Source: Clostridia bacterium
GTDB taxonomy: Bacteria > Bacillota > Clostridia > TANB77 > CAG-508
NCBI GenBank assembly: GCA_045643205.1
Contig: JAZUKI010000004.1
Location: 8,331-72,330, forward strand
Length of the DNA stretch: 64,000 bases
Reading direction: 5' to 3'
The position numbers and the translations under genes were made by a program. The notes below the pieces were generated by a model, which had not been told where the DNA came from, did not search any database, and was given only the letters and a program-made list of their open reading frames with translations. Below, one piece after another: positions 9,935-19,454 of this stretch (positions within the stretch are counted from its first letter, which is position 1; every line of letters begins with the position of its first letter).

Positions 9935-10459
9935 ATGAATGATACAGTAATGTCAATCGTTGCAATCTTTTTGGCAGCAATTTTAATGTTTATATTTCCA
10001 CTAATGTCTACTGCAGATAGAAGTGATGATATAGCACAACAAGCTGTACAAACACAAACAACTGAGTTTGTTGATAATATTAGAACTACTGGAAAAATAA
10101 CTCAAGATAGTTATAATAGTTTTGCAACAACTATTGCTGGAACTGGTAATTCTTTTGATATAGAGCTTGAAGTTCAAATACTAGATGATAATGCTAGAAA
10201 GAAAACAGCTCAAGCATCAGCATCTAAAGTTGGTGAAAATAGTTATTATAGTGAGTATACATCACAAATCCAAGAACATATGGATAAAAATGGTGGAACT
10301 TATATTTTAAAAGAAGGTGATATTGTATCTTGTACAGTTAGAAATACAAGCCAAACAATGTCTCAAATGTTAAAGAATTTCTTTTACCAAGTAACAGGTA
10401 ATAATTCATATAATATTTCTGGACAACACTCAGGAATTGTTAATGTTAATGGAAATTAA
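9935..10459 (+). CDS. Membrane-anchored pilin/pseudopilin-like protein P6
   Basis: 174 aa. MNDTVMSIVAIFLAAILMFIFPLM is a TM segment followed by a polar domain. Own promoter and followed by a terminator. Confidence 0.4.
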   Translation: MNDTVMSIVAIFLAAILMFIFPLMSTADRSDDIAQQAVQTQTTEFVDNIRTTGKITQDSYNSFATTIAGTGNSFDIELEVQILDDNARKKTAQASASKVGENSYYSEYTSQIQEHMDKNGGTYILKEGDIVSCTVRNTSQTMSQMLKNFFYQVTGNNSYNISGQHSGIVNVNGN

Positions 10460-10488
10460 TAATTAAATAAAAATGTATAAATGAAAAA

Positions 10489-10519
10489 TAAACTTAAGAC
10501 AACTTGAGTTTATTTTTTT
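10489..10519 (+). terminator. Rho-independent terminator closing the pilin gene block
   Basis: TAAACTTAAG-acaa-CTTGAGTTTA forms a 10-bp stem with one G-U pair, followed by TTTTTTT. Confidence 0.65.
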
Positions 10520-10564
10520 GTTTGTATATAATTATTTTCATAAAATAGGTGAAGGAATTGATAA

Positions 10565-11581
10565 ATGAAGGATTCAAAAATTTCTTTTAAGTTAATTGAT
10601 TTTATAATTCTTAATATAGCAATAGTTGCAATAATTGCAGTTATTGTTTTTTGTAATGTAAATAAATTACATAATAATTCAAATCCTAGCAGTATTTCAA
10701 AAGAAATTATTCAAGAAGACTTAAAAAAATCAATAGAAAATAGATATTACTATAATCAATTAGATGCTAATGGTCAAAAAATGTACAATACATTTTTAAG
10801 TAACACTGAAAAATTTAGAGCAGGAAACGAATACATATCAATTGATATAAATGAAGAAAGTGCAGGGGATAGTTTTCAAGCAGCATGGGATGCATTTTCT
10901 GTAGATAGACCAGAGTATTTTTACATAGATACTAATAAACTTTCACTATTAACTAATGTTAAAACTAACATTTTTAATAATAAAGAATATGAATATAAGC
11001 TTCAACCTAAGAACGGAGAAACATATTTTGAAAAAGAATTTCCAACAAAAGAGGATGTTGATTTTGCAAATTCACAATTAGAAACAATTACTAAATCAAT
11101 AATAGATCAAGCAAATAGCAAATCAACTAGATATGAGAAAGTAAAGTTTATACATGACTATCTAGTAGATAACATTTCTTATTCAAAAGATGAAAATGAA
11201 GCTAGTGCTGATACAATATATGGAGCATTGATTAATAAAGTTTGTGTTTGCGAAGGATATGCAAAATCATTCAAATATTTATTAGATAAATTAGAAATAC
11301 CATGTATTATTGTTTTTGGAAACGGAACCAACTCAGAGGGAAAACAAGAATATCATTCTTGGAACTATGTGAAAATGGAAGATGATAAATGGTATGCTGT
11401 TGATGTTACATGGGATGATCCTATTGTAGTTGGCGGAGGAAAAGTAACAACAGCAATTAAGTATAAATATTTTTTAGTTGGAACAGAAATTAATTCTAAT
11501 CATACTTTAGAATCAGATATCTCAGGAACAGGTCAAAATTTTAAATATCCTGAGTTAAGTTTTAGTAACTATAGTAAATAA
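10565..11581 (+). CDS. Membrane-anchored transglutaminase-like cysteine protease-fold protein
   Basis: 338 aa. N-terminal TM segment FIILNIAIVAIIAVIVF. Cys-His-Asp triad context CVCEGYAKSF ... EYHSWNYV ... WYAVDVTWDD matches the transglutaminase-like core. Confidence 0.7.
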   Translation: MKDSKISFKLIDFIILNIAIVAIIAVIVFCNVNKLHNNSNPSSISKEIIQEDLKKSIENRYYYNQLDANGQKMYNTFLSNTEKFRAGNEYISIDINEESAGDSFQAAWDAFSVDRPEYFYIDTNKLSLLTNVKTNIFNNKEYEYKLQPKNGETYFEKEFPTKEDVDFANSQLETITKSIIDQANSKSTRYEKVKFIHDYLVDNISYSKDENEASADTIYGALINKVCVCEGYAKSFKYLLDKLEIPCIIVFGNGTNSEGKQEYHSWNYVKMEDDKWYAVDVTWDDPIVVGGGKVTTAIKYKYFLVGTEINSNHTLESDISGTGQNFKYPELSFSNYSK

Positions 11582-11609
11582 AAACAATATTCTTAAAAAA
11601 TAAAAAGTA

Positions 11610-11886
11610 TTAAGTATAGAGAATAATAAAAAAATAGGAGCAATCTAAATTGCTCCTATTTTTATGTTGTTTATTTGTTATCGCTGTTATTGTTATTATT
11701 GCTATTATTATAGTTGTTATAGCCATGGTTGTTATGGTTATAATTGTTATATCCATGATTATTATGATTATAATAATTATTTTTATAATTGTTATGGCCA
11801 TGGTAGTTATTATAATTATTGTGATAATGATAATTACTATTCTTAGTATTATTGTTATTATTGTTATTATTATTATTTTCAACTGA
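11610..11886. repeat. Low-complexity (ATT/ATA/GTT)n microsatellite-like tract, open in several frames on both strands
   Basis: About 270 nt made almost only of att/gtt/ata/atg triplets. The ORF track shows stop-free frames on both strands. It encodes the Asn/Tyr/His-rich tail of the murC ORF. Confidence 0.7.
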
Positions 11887-13512
11887 TTCTTCTGATTGAG
11901 ATTCAGTTACATTGTTTGATGGAGTAGAGCTAAATTGTTCTAATGAATCAAAGTTCTCTATTTTTGTTTCTTCAATTGATGAACATGTTTCACAGTCATT
12001 TTCTTGAGTACAAGCACATTTATTTGTACATCCATTTGCACATTCGTTTTCACAATGATCTTCACATTCATTTTCGCAGTGATCTTCACAATGACATTCA
12101 AAAGTAGAAGAGCATTCAGCAGAGTCTTGTTCACTTTTAACAAGTTCATGTCCAACTTTAGTGATTGAACCAGCACCTTGTGTAATGATGATATCATCTG
12201 GTTTTGCATTTCTTCTAACAAAATCAACAATGTTTTCTAAATCTTTAATATAGTATGCTTTTCTACCAAGAGCTTCGATTTTATCAATAATATCTTTTGA
12301 AGATACTTCGTTATTATCAATTTCTCTAGCAGCATATATATCAGTAACAATAATGTTATCAAAGTTTGTTAAAACATTAGCAAAGTCATCTAGCAATGCT
12401 TTTGTTCTACTAAATGTATGTGGTTGGAAAAGAATCCATGAATGATTATATTTTCTCTTTTTAACTGCATTTGCAACAGCTAAAATTTCTGTAGGATGAT
12501 GTCCATAATCATCAAAAACATTTGCACCATTAACTTTTCCTAAATATTGAAAACGTCTTTCAGCACCACCATATGTTTTTAATGTATTTTTTACTGAGTT
12601 TTTATCAACTTCAAATTGACTACAAACAGCGATACAAGCTAATGCATCATAAATATTATGTTCTCCAGGAACACCTAGTTTGAATGTTTTATAAAAAGTA
12701 TTGTTATGATAAACATCAAATGAAGCACATCCGTTTACATCATAAGAAATATTTTTTGCTACAAAGTTTGCATTATTTGATTTTATACTAAATGAAATAC
12801 TCTTTGCTTTAGTATGAGAAGATAGTCCATGACAATTCTCATCATCAGCATTGTAAACCAATATTCCATCATCAGGTAATAATTTAACGTATTCTACGAA
12901 AGCTGCTTTAATATTGTCCATTGTTTTATAGTAATCTAAGTGATCATTATCAATATTTAAGATAACTTCAACTTTAGGGAAGAAATCTAGGAAACTTGCA
13001 GAATATTCGCAAGCTTCAATGATAAAATATTCACTTTCACCAACTCTATAATTTCCACCAATTGAATCTAAAACAGCGCCAATTTGAATTGTTGGATCTT
13101 TTTTGGCATCTAAGAAACATTGAGCAATCATTGAAGTAGTAGTCGATTTTCCATGAGTTCCAGAAACACAAATAGAATTTCTGAAAACTCTAGTAAGTTC
13201 ACCCATGATTTCTTTTCTTTCAATTGTAGGAATACCTAATTCTTTAGCTCTAACTAATTCAGGATCTTCTGGTTTTATAGCTGCAGAATAAATAACTAAA
13301 TCAGATCTATCAACATTCATAGGATTATGACCTATATAAACTGGGATATCATTTTCAATTAATTGATTTGTAATGTCAGATTCGGTTGAATCAGAGCCAG
13401 TTACATTAAAATCCCACTTTTTTAAAATTTCGGCAATACCACTCATAGATGAACCACCGATACCTATCATATGTATATTTTTATATTGTTTTAGTTCTTG
13501 TAAATTTGGCAT
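11671..13512 (-). CDS. murC: UDP-N-acetylmuramate--L-alanine ligase MurC with an unusual C-terminal extension of about 150 aa (Cys/His/Glu-rich, then Asn/Tyr/His-rich)
   Basis: N-terminus MPNLQELKQYKNIHMIGIGGSSMSGIAEIL (the MurC GIGG nucleotide motif). Start chosen at ATG 13510-13512, preceded by GGAGAT. The MurC domain ends near ...ITKVGHELVK, and the frame stays open for about 150 more aa. Confidence 0.85.
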   Translation of the reverse strand: MPNLQELKQYKNIHMIGIGGSSMSGIAEILKKWDFNVTGSDSTESDITNQLIENDIPVYIGHNPMNVDRSDLVIYSAAIKPEDPELVRAKELGIPTIERKEIMGELTRVFRNSICVSGTHGKSTTTSMIAQCFLDAKKDPTIQIGAVLDSIGGNYRVGESEYFIIEACEYSASFLDFFPKVEVILNIDNDHLDYYKTMDNIKAAFVEYVKLLPDDGILVYNADDENCHGLSSHTKAKSISFSIKSNNANFVAKNISYDVNGCASFDVYHNNTFYKTFKLGVPGEHNIYDALACIAVCSQFEVDKNSVKNTLKTYGGAERRFQYLGKVNGANVFDDYGHHPTEILAVANAVKKRKYNHSWILFQPHTFSRTKALLDDFANVLTNFDNIIVTDIYAAREIDNNEVSSKDIIDKIEALGRKAYYIKDLENIVDFVRRNAKPDDIIITQGAGSITKVGHELVKSEQDSAECSSTFECHCEDHCENECEDHCENECANGCTNKCACTQENDCETCSSIEETKIENFDSLEQFSSTPSNNVTESQSEESVENNNNNNNNNNTKNSNYHYHNNYNNYHGHNNYKNNYYNHNNHGYNNYNHNNHGYNNYNNSNNNNNSDNK

Positions 13513-13850
13513 AAAACAAAAATCTCCTTTACATATAGTCAAGTTACAAACTCTATTATACTACAAAACGGGCAAAAAAACAACAAATTAAGTAAAATAG
13601 AGAGGTAGAGTAAAGACAAAAATTTTGTCTTAAAAGGAACAAAAAGACACAGAAAAAAACATAAAAAAGCGAGTAGAAATTTTGAGCAAAATATTAATCA
13701 AAAAAATATGAAAAAACATGTAAAAAAATGCAAATAATTGTAAAAAACTATTGAAAATTTTATTTATTTATTATAAAAATTATACAGGTAAAGTTTTATC
13801 GCGTATATAGTACGTAAGTACAATTAAAACTTTGGAAGGAGACTTTTTAA

Positions 13851-14147
13851 ATGGAAATCACAGACGTAAGATTAAGAAAATTAAGCACAGACAACAAGCT
13901 TAAAGCTGTTGCATCTGTAACATTCGACAACGAATTCGTTGTACACGAAATCAAAGTTATCGAAAATCCTGAAGGAGTATTATTTATTGCTATGCCTAGC
14001 AGAAAAATTGGAACAACTGGAGAACACAGAGATGTAGCTCATCCAATTAACCCAGCTGCTAGAGAAAAGATCCAAAATGCAATCTTAGAAGTATACAATA
14101 ATACACCAGAGCCAGAAGCTAAAGCTGAAGAAACACCAGCTGAATAA
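13851..14147 (+). CDS. spoVG: Septation protein SpoVG
   Basis: 98 aa. [11 protein letters not shown]...[19 protein letters not shown]...FIAMPSRK is a near-canonical SpoVG sequence. RBS GGAAGGAG. Confidence 0.9.
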   Translation: MEITDVRLRKLSTDNKLKAVASVTFDNEFVVHEIKVIENPEGVLFIAMPSRKIGTTGEHRDVAHPINPAAREKIQNAILEVYNNTPEPEAKAEETPAE

Positions 14148-14193
14148 GCTTTAACAAAAAATTGTATATTATTTTAATATATGATAATTAAAG

Positions 14194-14250
14194 GATGCCT
14201 AATTATGTTGTTCAATAAAAGGACAGCATAGTTAGGCATCTTTTGTTTTT
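14194..14250 (+). terminator. Rho-independent terminator after spoVG
   Basis: GATGCCTAA ... TTAGGCATC is a 9-bp stem with a long loop, followed by TTTTGTTTTT. Confidence 0.55.
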
Positions 14251-14391
14251 AGGAAAAATAAAAAAATCATTATTAATATTAAAAAATAAGAAAGCATTTT
14301 TATATTAGAAAACTAGAAAATCGTTTCTTTACATTAAAATATAATAATGGTAAAATAATTTAGTCAATTTAGTTTTGCGGAGGAAAAGAAA

Positions 14392-15288
14392 GTGAATTAT
14401 TTATTTGCAGTAATATTTGGAATCATTGAAGGTATTACAGAGTGGTTACCAATTAGTAGTACAGGACATTTAATAATTGCCCAAGATTTTATAAAATTTA
14501 CAGATGTGTCACCAGATTTTTGGTCACTATTTGAAGTTGTTATCCAATTAGGTGCAATTTTAGCAGTTGTTATATTGTTCTTTAAAAAATTGTGGCCTTT
14601 AAAATATAAAACAAATGAGTCAGAAAAATTAGAAGATAGCGAAGGAAAGCGTTTTGCAAAAAGACATCTTGGATTTGATATGAACATATTAAAATTGTGG
14701 GGCAAAATAATTGTTGCTTGCATACCTGCAATTGTAATTGCCTTATTAAAACTTGATGAAAAAGCAGAAGAATTATTCTATAACACAACTTGTGTATCAA
14801 TTGCATTAATTGTTATTGGTATTGCATTTATTATTGTAGAAATCTTAAATAAAAAGAGAAAAAGAGAGCCAAGAGTTAAATCAATTGATGAATTAAGATG
14901 GTCAGATGCAATTATTATTGGATTATTTCAATTAATAGCTGCAATTTTTCCGGGAACATCACGTTCAGGTGCAACTATTATTGGTGCTTTGATAATTGGA
15001 GTTTCAAGATCTGTTTCAGCAGAATTTACATTCTTCTTAGCAATTCCAGCAATGTTCGGAGCATCATTATTGAAAGTTTTAAAATATGAAGCTGCACTAT
15101 CTAGCAACGAATTAATTCTTTTAGTAATAGCTTCAGTAGTAGCTTTCTTAATATCAATTTTTGTAATTAAATTCTTAATGAATTATATAAAGAAACATGA
15201 TTTCAAAGTATTTGGATTTTATAGAATTGCAATTGGTATTTTAATTTTAGCTTTAGGATTAACTAATGTAATTTCAATTGCATTATAA
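14392..15288 (+). CDS. uppP: Undecaprenyl-diphosphatase UppP/BacA
   Basis: 298 aa. GITEWLPISSTGHL and PGTSRSGATI are BacA signature motifs. GTG start with RBS GCGGAGGAAAAG. Confidence 0.9.
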   Translation: MNYLFAVIFGIIEGITEWLPISSTGHLIIAQDFIKFTDVSPDFWSLFEVVIQLGAILAVVILFFKKLWPLKYKTNESEKLEDSEGKRFAKRHLGFDMNILKLWGKIIVACIPAIVIALLKLDEKAEELFYNTTCVSIALIVIGIAFIIVEILNKKRKREPRVKSIDELRWSDAIIIGLFQLIAAIFPGTSRSGATIIGALIIGVSRSVSAEFTFFLAIPAMFGASLLKVLKYEAALSSNELILLVIASVVAFLISIFVIKFLMNYIKKHDFKVFGFYRIAIGILILALGLTNVISIAL

Positions 15289-15310
15289 GAAATGATTTTA
15301 AAACAAAATA

Positions 15311-15365
15311 AAAAGAGGTGATTGAGTGGATAACAAGTATTCACAAAAATCATCTCTTTTAATTT
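15311..15365. terminator. Bidirectional terminator between convergent uppP (+) and deoD (-)
   Basis: AAAAGAGGTGATT ... AATCATCTCTTTT is a 13-bp stem with one G-U pair, flanked by A-rich sequence on the 5' side and T-rich sequence on the 3' side. Confidence 0.55.
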
Positions 15366-15381
15366 ATTTAATTTTAAATTT

Positions 15382-16110
15382 CTAATTTTGAATTCTTGCA
15401 GCTGTATCTAAAGCAACTTTAATCATATTATTTAATGAAATTTCTCTTTCTCTAAAAGTAGCTTCTTCAATATCGCCATATAGGCAATCAACAACTGTTA
15501 ACAAACAACTAGCTTTTTTATGAAAATAGTTTGCAATGTAAAACAATGCAAAAGCTTCCATTTCAGAACAACTTATTTTAAATGTAGTAGGGAAACGACG
15601 CATTACTGTTTTCATATCTTGCATATAATGATCAAAAACTTCTGAACAACAAGAATTTGCATGAATAACATTTATATTATCTTCTTGAGCAATTTGAGAG
15701 ATTAATGAATTCAAATATGCAGATGATTCAACAATATGGCAATCTACATTATTAAAAGTTCTTGAAAAATTTCCTTCTGTAAAAGTTTTTTCAACAAGAA
15801 CAGTGTCAAAAAGTTTTAAATCTTCAGTATATGCACCACATGAACCAATTCTAATAATGTTTTCTACTCCATAAAATTTGTACAATTCATAAGCATAAAT
15901 TCCAATACTAGGCATACCCATACCAGAAGCAAAAACAGTAACTTCTTTACCTTTATAGAGTCCAGTAAATCCATACATACCTCTGACAGTATTAACAACT
16001 CTAGCATTTTGAAGATAATTTTCTGCTATATATTTTGCTCGAAGAGGATCACCAGGCATCAAAACTGTCTTAGCAATATCACCTAATTGTGCTTCATTAT
16101 GTGGCGTCAT
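15382..16110 (-). CDS. deoD: Purine nucleoside phosphorylase, DeoD-type
   Basis: 242 aa. MTPHNEAQLGDIAKTVLMPGDPLRAKYIAE is the canonical PNP-I N-terminus. RBS AGGAGG. Confidence 0.9.
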   Translation of the reverse strand: MTPHNEAQLGDIAKTVLMPGDPLRAKYIAENYLQNARVVNTVRGMYGFTGLYKGKEVTVFASGMGMPSIGIYAYELYKFYGVENIIRIGSCGAYTEDLKLFDTVLVEKTFTEGNFSRTFNNVDCHIVESSAYLNSLISQIAQEDNINVIHANSCCSEVFDHYMQDMKTVMRRFPTTFKISCSEMEAFALFYIANYFHKKASCLLTVVDCLYGDIEEATFREREISLNNMIKVALDTAARIQN

Positions 16111-16322
16111 ATGTACCTCCTAATTTTCTTTAGTATCTACAATTTTATGATAGCATTATTGAATAAAAATCACAATAAAAATAATTATAAAGAAGAGAAA
16201 AAAGTGTTTTTTTGAAGAACGATTACAAGATTTTTTATTTGACTTTTAATAGTAAAAGAACTATATTTATGAATAGTTGTTACAGACCAAAACATAGATA
16301 AAATCTTAATTAGAGGGAGAAC

Positions 16323-18614
16323 ATGCAGTTAGTCGGCGAATTAGAAGATATAATTTATAGAAATGACACCAATAGCTACACAGTAGCTAGTTTTATTGTG
16401 CATGCTATGGATGAAAATATATCTAATAGTGAGCAAATAAGTTTTGAAGAACAAGGTATAAAATTTGCTAAAGAACTTGCTACTGTTTTTGAAACAACTA
16501 TTGTTGGATTTTTACCATTTATTAATCCAGGAGATAATCTTAAATTAATAGGAAAATTTGTTACTCATCCTGATTATGGTGAACAATTTAAGATTGAGAC
16601 ATTTGAAAAAATAATGCCACAAACATTAGATGCGTTAGAAAGATATTTAGGAAATGGATTAATCAAAGGAGTAGGAAAAGCTACAGCTAAAAAAATAATC
16701 CAAGAATTTGGAGAAGATACTGTTGAAGTAATAAAAGCTTATCCTGAAAAATTGGTTAAAATTAAAGGAATCACACCAGATAAAGCAATTGAAATTTCAC
16801 AAAGTTTTAACGAAAGTTGGGATATGTGGCAAATAGTTGGATTCCTTGATAAATTTGGGATTGGAGCACAATCTGCACAAAGTATTTATAAAACATTAGG
16901 ACAAGATACAATAGAAAGAATTCAAAATGATCCATACATTTTAGAAGATTGTGGAGTTAAAGTTGATTTTGCTCAAATTGACAAAATGGCATTATCAATT
17001 GGAATAGAAAGAACATCACTTAGAAGAATTGGAAGTGGAATTATTCACGCACTTAATTTAGCAACATATAATGGACATACTTGTGTTTTAGAAAGCAATT
17101 TAATAAATTTTACAACTCAACTTTTAGGAATTTCAGAAGAAGATGTAACTAATGGAATTATTGATTTAAAAGCCAAAGAAAAGATTGTTGAAGAAGAAAG
17201 AGAATCAATGGTTACTATTGATGGTAAAACTGAAATGAAAAATGCAAATTGGGTGTATCTTAAAAATTACTTTGATGCCGAACTTAATATTGTTAGAAAA
17301 ATCAAAGCTTTGCAAGAATCAGAAAATTTAAAAAAATTTGCTAATGTAGATAAAAGAATAAAAGAAGTTAGTGAAATAACTCCTTCTGAAAAACAAATAG
17401 AAGCAATAAAATTAGTTAATAATAACAATGTTGCAATTATTACCGGAGGACCTGGTACTGGAAAAACAACAATTATAAAAACACTTATAGAATTATATGA
17501 ATCAATCGGAAAGAAGACTGTTTTATGTGCGCCAACAGGAAGAGCTGCAAAACGTATGACAGAAGCAACAGGCAAAGAAGCAAAAACATTACATAGATTA
17601 CTGGAAATCAATAAAATAGGTGAAGAAAAACCAAATCCTGATTTAAATGTTGCTCCAATAGATGCAGATGTAATCATTATTGATGAGATGTCAATGGTTG
17701 ATTTATTCTTAATGAATTATTGCTTAAATGGAATTTATAAAGGTACAAAACTAGTAATGGTAGGAGATGTTGATCAATTAGCATCTGTAGGACCAGGCTG
17801 TGTTTTAAAAGATTTAATTGATTCTGGAAAAGTTCCTTTTATAGCATTAAATAAAATTTTTAGACAAGCTGCAAAAAGTAAAATTATTGTTAATGCCCAC
17901 AAAGTAAATGAAGGAATTAACTTTATTGAAGAGAGAAGCGAAGGCGATGAAACTATTGATGATTTTGAGTTTAATAACCAAACTAATCTACAAGTCGCTC
18001 AAAGTATGATTTTAGCATTATATGATTTTGACACTCAAATTATCACACCAACTAAAAAAGGTGATTTAGGAACTCGTACACTAAACGAACTAATTCAAAA
18101 AAGATATAATCCAGAAGATGATAATAAGCGTGAGAAAAAATTCGGCAGTGTCATTTTTAGAGAAGGTGACAAAGTAATGCAAACCAAGAATAATTATGAC
18201 ATTGAGTGGAAAAGAAAAAATTCAACATTTGGGTATGAAGTAGAGTATGGTTCTGGAATTTTTAATGGTGAAATGGGAATTATTGAAAGTATTGATAAAG
18301 ACGGAACTATTGAAATTAGATTTGAAGATGGTAAAGTTGCAGAATATGTAACACAGGATTTAGAACAGATTGAACATTGTTTTGCCATTACAATTCATAA
18401 ATCACAAGGGAGTGAATTTGAAAAAGTTCTAATGCCAATTTTAGGAGCAGCTCCAATGCTACTTACAAGAAACGTTCTATACACGGGAATGACAAGAGCA
18501 AAAAATAGACTAACTATTATTGGAAGCAGTAATACAGTTGAATATATGATAAATAATGCAAATAGCAGAATGAGAAATTCAGGTTTGAAATTTAAACTAG
18601 AAGAAACATTATAA
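16323..18614 (+). CDS. recD2: ATP-dependent RecD-like DNA helicase (RecD2 family)
   Basis: 763 aa. N-terminal HhH-containing region, Walker A ITGGPGTGKTT, and C-terminal helicase motifs (QSQGSEF). Confidence 0.85.
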   Translation: MQLVGELEDIIYRNDTNSYTVASFIVHAMDENISNSEQISFEEQGIKFAKELATVFETTIVGFLPFINPGDNLKLIGKFVTHPDYGEQFKIETFEKIMPQTLDALERYLGNGLIKGVGKATAKKIIQEFGEDTVEVIKAYPEKLVKIKGITPDKAIEISQSFNESWDMWQIVGFLDKFGIGAQSAQSIYKTLGQDTIERIQNDPYILEDCGVKVDFAQIDKMALSIGIERTSLRRIGSGIIHALNLATYNGHTCVLESNLINFTTQLLGISEEDVTNGIIDLKAKEKIVEEERESMVTIDGKTEMKNANWVYLKNYFDAELNIVRKIKALQESENLKKFANVDKRIKEVSEITPSEKQIEAIKLVNNNNVAIITGGPGTGKTTIIKTLIELYESIGKKTVLCAPTGRAAKRMTEATGKEAKTLHRLLEINKIGEEKPNPDLNVAPIDADVIIIDEMSMVDLFLMNYCLNGIYKGTKLVMVGDVDQLASVGPGCVLKDLIDSGKVPFIALNKIFRQAAKSKIIVNAHKVNEGINFIEERSEGDETIDDFEFNNQTNLQVAQSMILALYDFDTQIITPTKKGDLGTRTLNELIQKRYNPEDDNKREKKFGSVIFREGDKVMQTKNNYDIEWKRKNSTFGYEVEYGSGIFNGEMGIIESIDKDGTIEIRFEDGKVAEYVTQDLEQIEHCFAITIHKSQGSEFEKVLMPILGAAPMLLTRNVLYTGMTRAKNRLTIIGSSNTVEYMINNANSRMRNSGLKFKLEETL

Positions 18615-18776
18615 TTAAAGGCAAAAAATATAAGTTAAAAGTTATCTTATAATTGAAAATTTAAGAAATATAAAAAAGTAAAATTTAAAAATAAAACTAA
18701 GTTTTTTTATAAAAAGTGAGAGAAAGAGACTAAAATAGTTTACATAAAATTAATTTTTGAAAAAATATTAGATATT

Positions 18777-19454
18777 TTGTTTCCAAAATCTTGCGGAATA
18801 TGTGGAAAGATGGGCGATACAATATGTTCTAATTGTGTTGCTAAAATGGAAAAATATAGAAATAACAATACCACAGATAATCAAATAAAAGTGCTTGAAA
18901 GTACTATAAATATGCACTTTTTATACAAATATGAAGGATTGGTCAGAAAAATCTTGTTAAAATACAAATTTGATGACCAATCTTATTTGTTTTTTACGAT
19001 AATTTTTCTCATATTAAATAGCCCTGAAACGTGTATTTTTATAAGACATTATGATATAATCATGCCAGTTCCTTTGCACAAAAAAAGACACTTAGAAAGA
19101 GGGTATAACCAAACTGAATTGGTGGCAAAAAATCTAGGTGAAAAATTAAAAATTGATGTAAATGGAAAAATACTGAAAAAGAATAAGAATATAAAACCTC
19201 AGAGTCAAAAAAATGGCGAAGATCGATTAAAAGATGTAATCGGAATATATGAATTAGATTCTAGGTATAGTTCTGAAATTATTGGAAAGAGCGTGCTAAT
19301 AGTAGATGATATCTATACTACAGGAAGTACATGTAGAGAATGTGCAAAAATGCTTCTTCAAGGAGGGGCAAAAGAGGTTGGAATATTTTGTATTGCAAAA
19401 GATTATTTAAGTATGAAAAATATAGATAAAAGGAGCCAAGATGCCAAAGGTTAG
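18777..19454 (+). CDS. comFC: ComF family protein (ComFC-type phosphoribosyltransferase-fold competence protein)
   Basis: 225 aa. N-terminal Cys cluster CGICGK...CSNC and the PRTase motif VLIVDDIYTTGST. TTG start per the ORF track. Confidence 0.7.
   Translation: MFPKSCGICGKMGDTICSNCVAKMEKYRNNNTTDNQIKVLESTINMHFLYKYEGLVRKILLKYKFDDQSYLFFTIIFLILNSPETCIFIRHYDIIMPVPLHKKRHLERGYNQTELVAKNLGEKLKIDVNGKILKKNKNIKPQSQKNGEDRLKDVIGIYELDSRYSSEIIGKSVLIVDDIYTTGSTCRECAKMLLQGGAKEVGIFCIAKDYLSMKNIDKRSQDAKG

Noticed and set aside
10504-10532. TTGAGT-17-TATAAT promoter-like sequence upstream of the transglutaminase-like gene.
   Set aside because: The -35 element is only a 4/6 match and overlaps the terminator stem, so it is plausible but weak. 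I left it out of the feature list and mention it only under findings.
11610-11886. ORFs 11610-11882 (-), 11650-11886 (+) and 11664-11846 (+), which encode poly-Ile or poly-Tyr/Cys peptides.
   Set aside because: They are artefacts of the stop-free trinucleotide microsatellite and have no start context. Only the murC frame is continuous with a real gene.
11958-12230. 90-aa minus-strand ORF overlapping the murC tail in another frame.
   Set aside because: Same strand as murC but out of frame, with no RBS. The murC frame is the one continuous with the ligase domain.
18615-18776. AAAAC-taa-GTTTT hairpin after recD2 as a terminator.
   Set aside because: The stem is A/T only, 5 bp, with a minimal loop. 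It is indistinguishable from background in AT-rich DNA.
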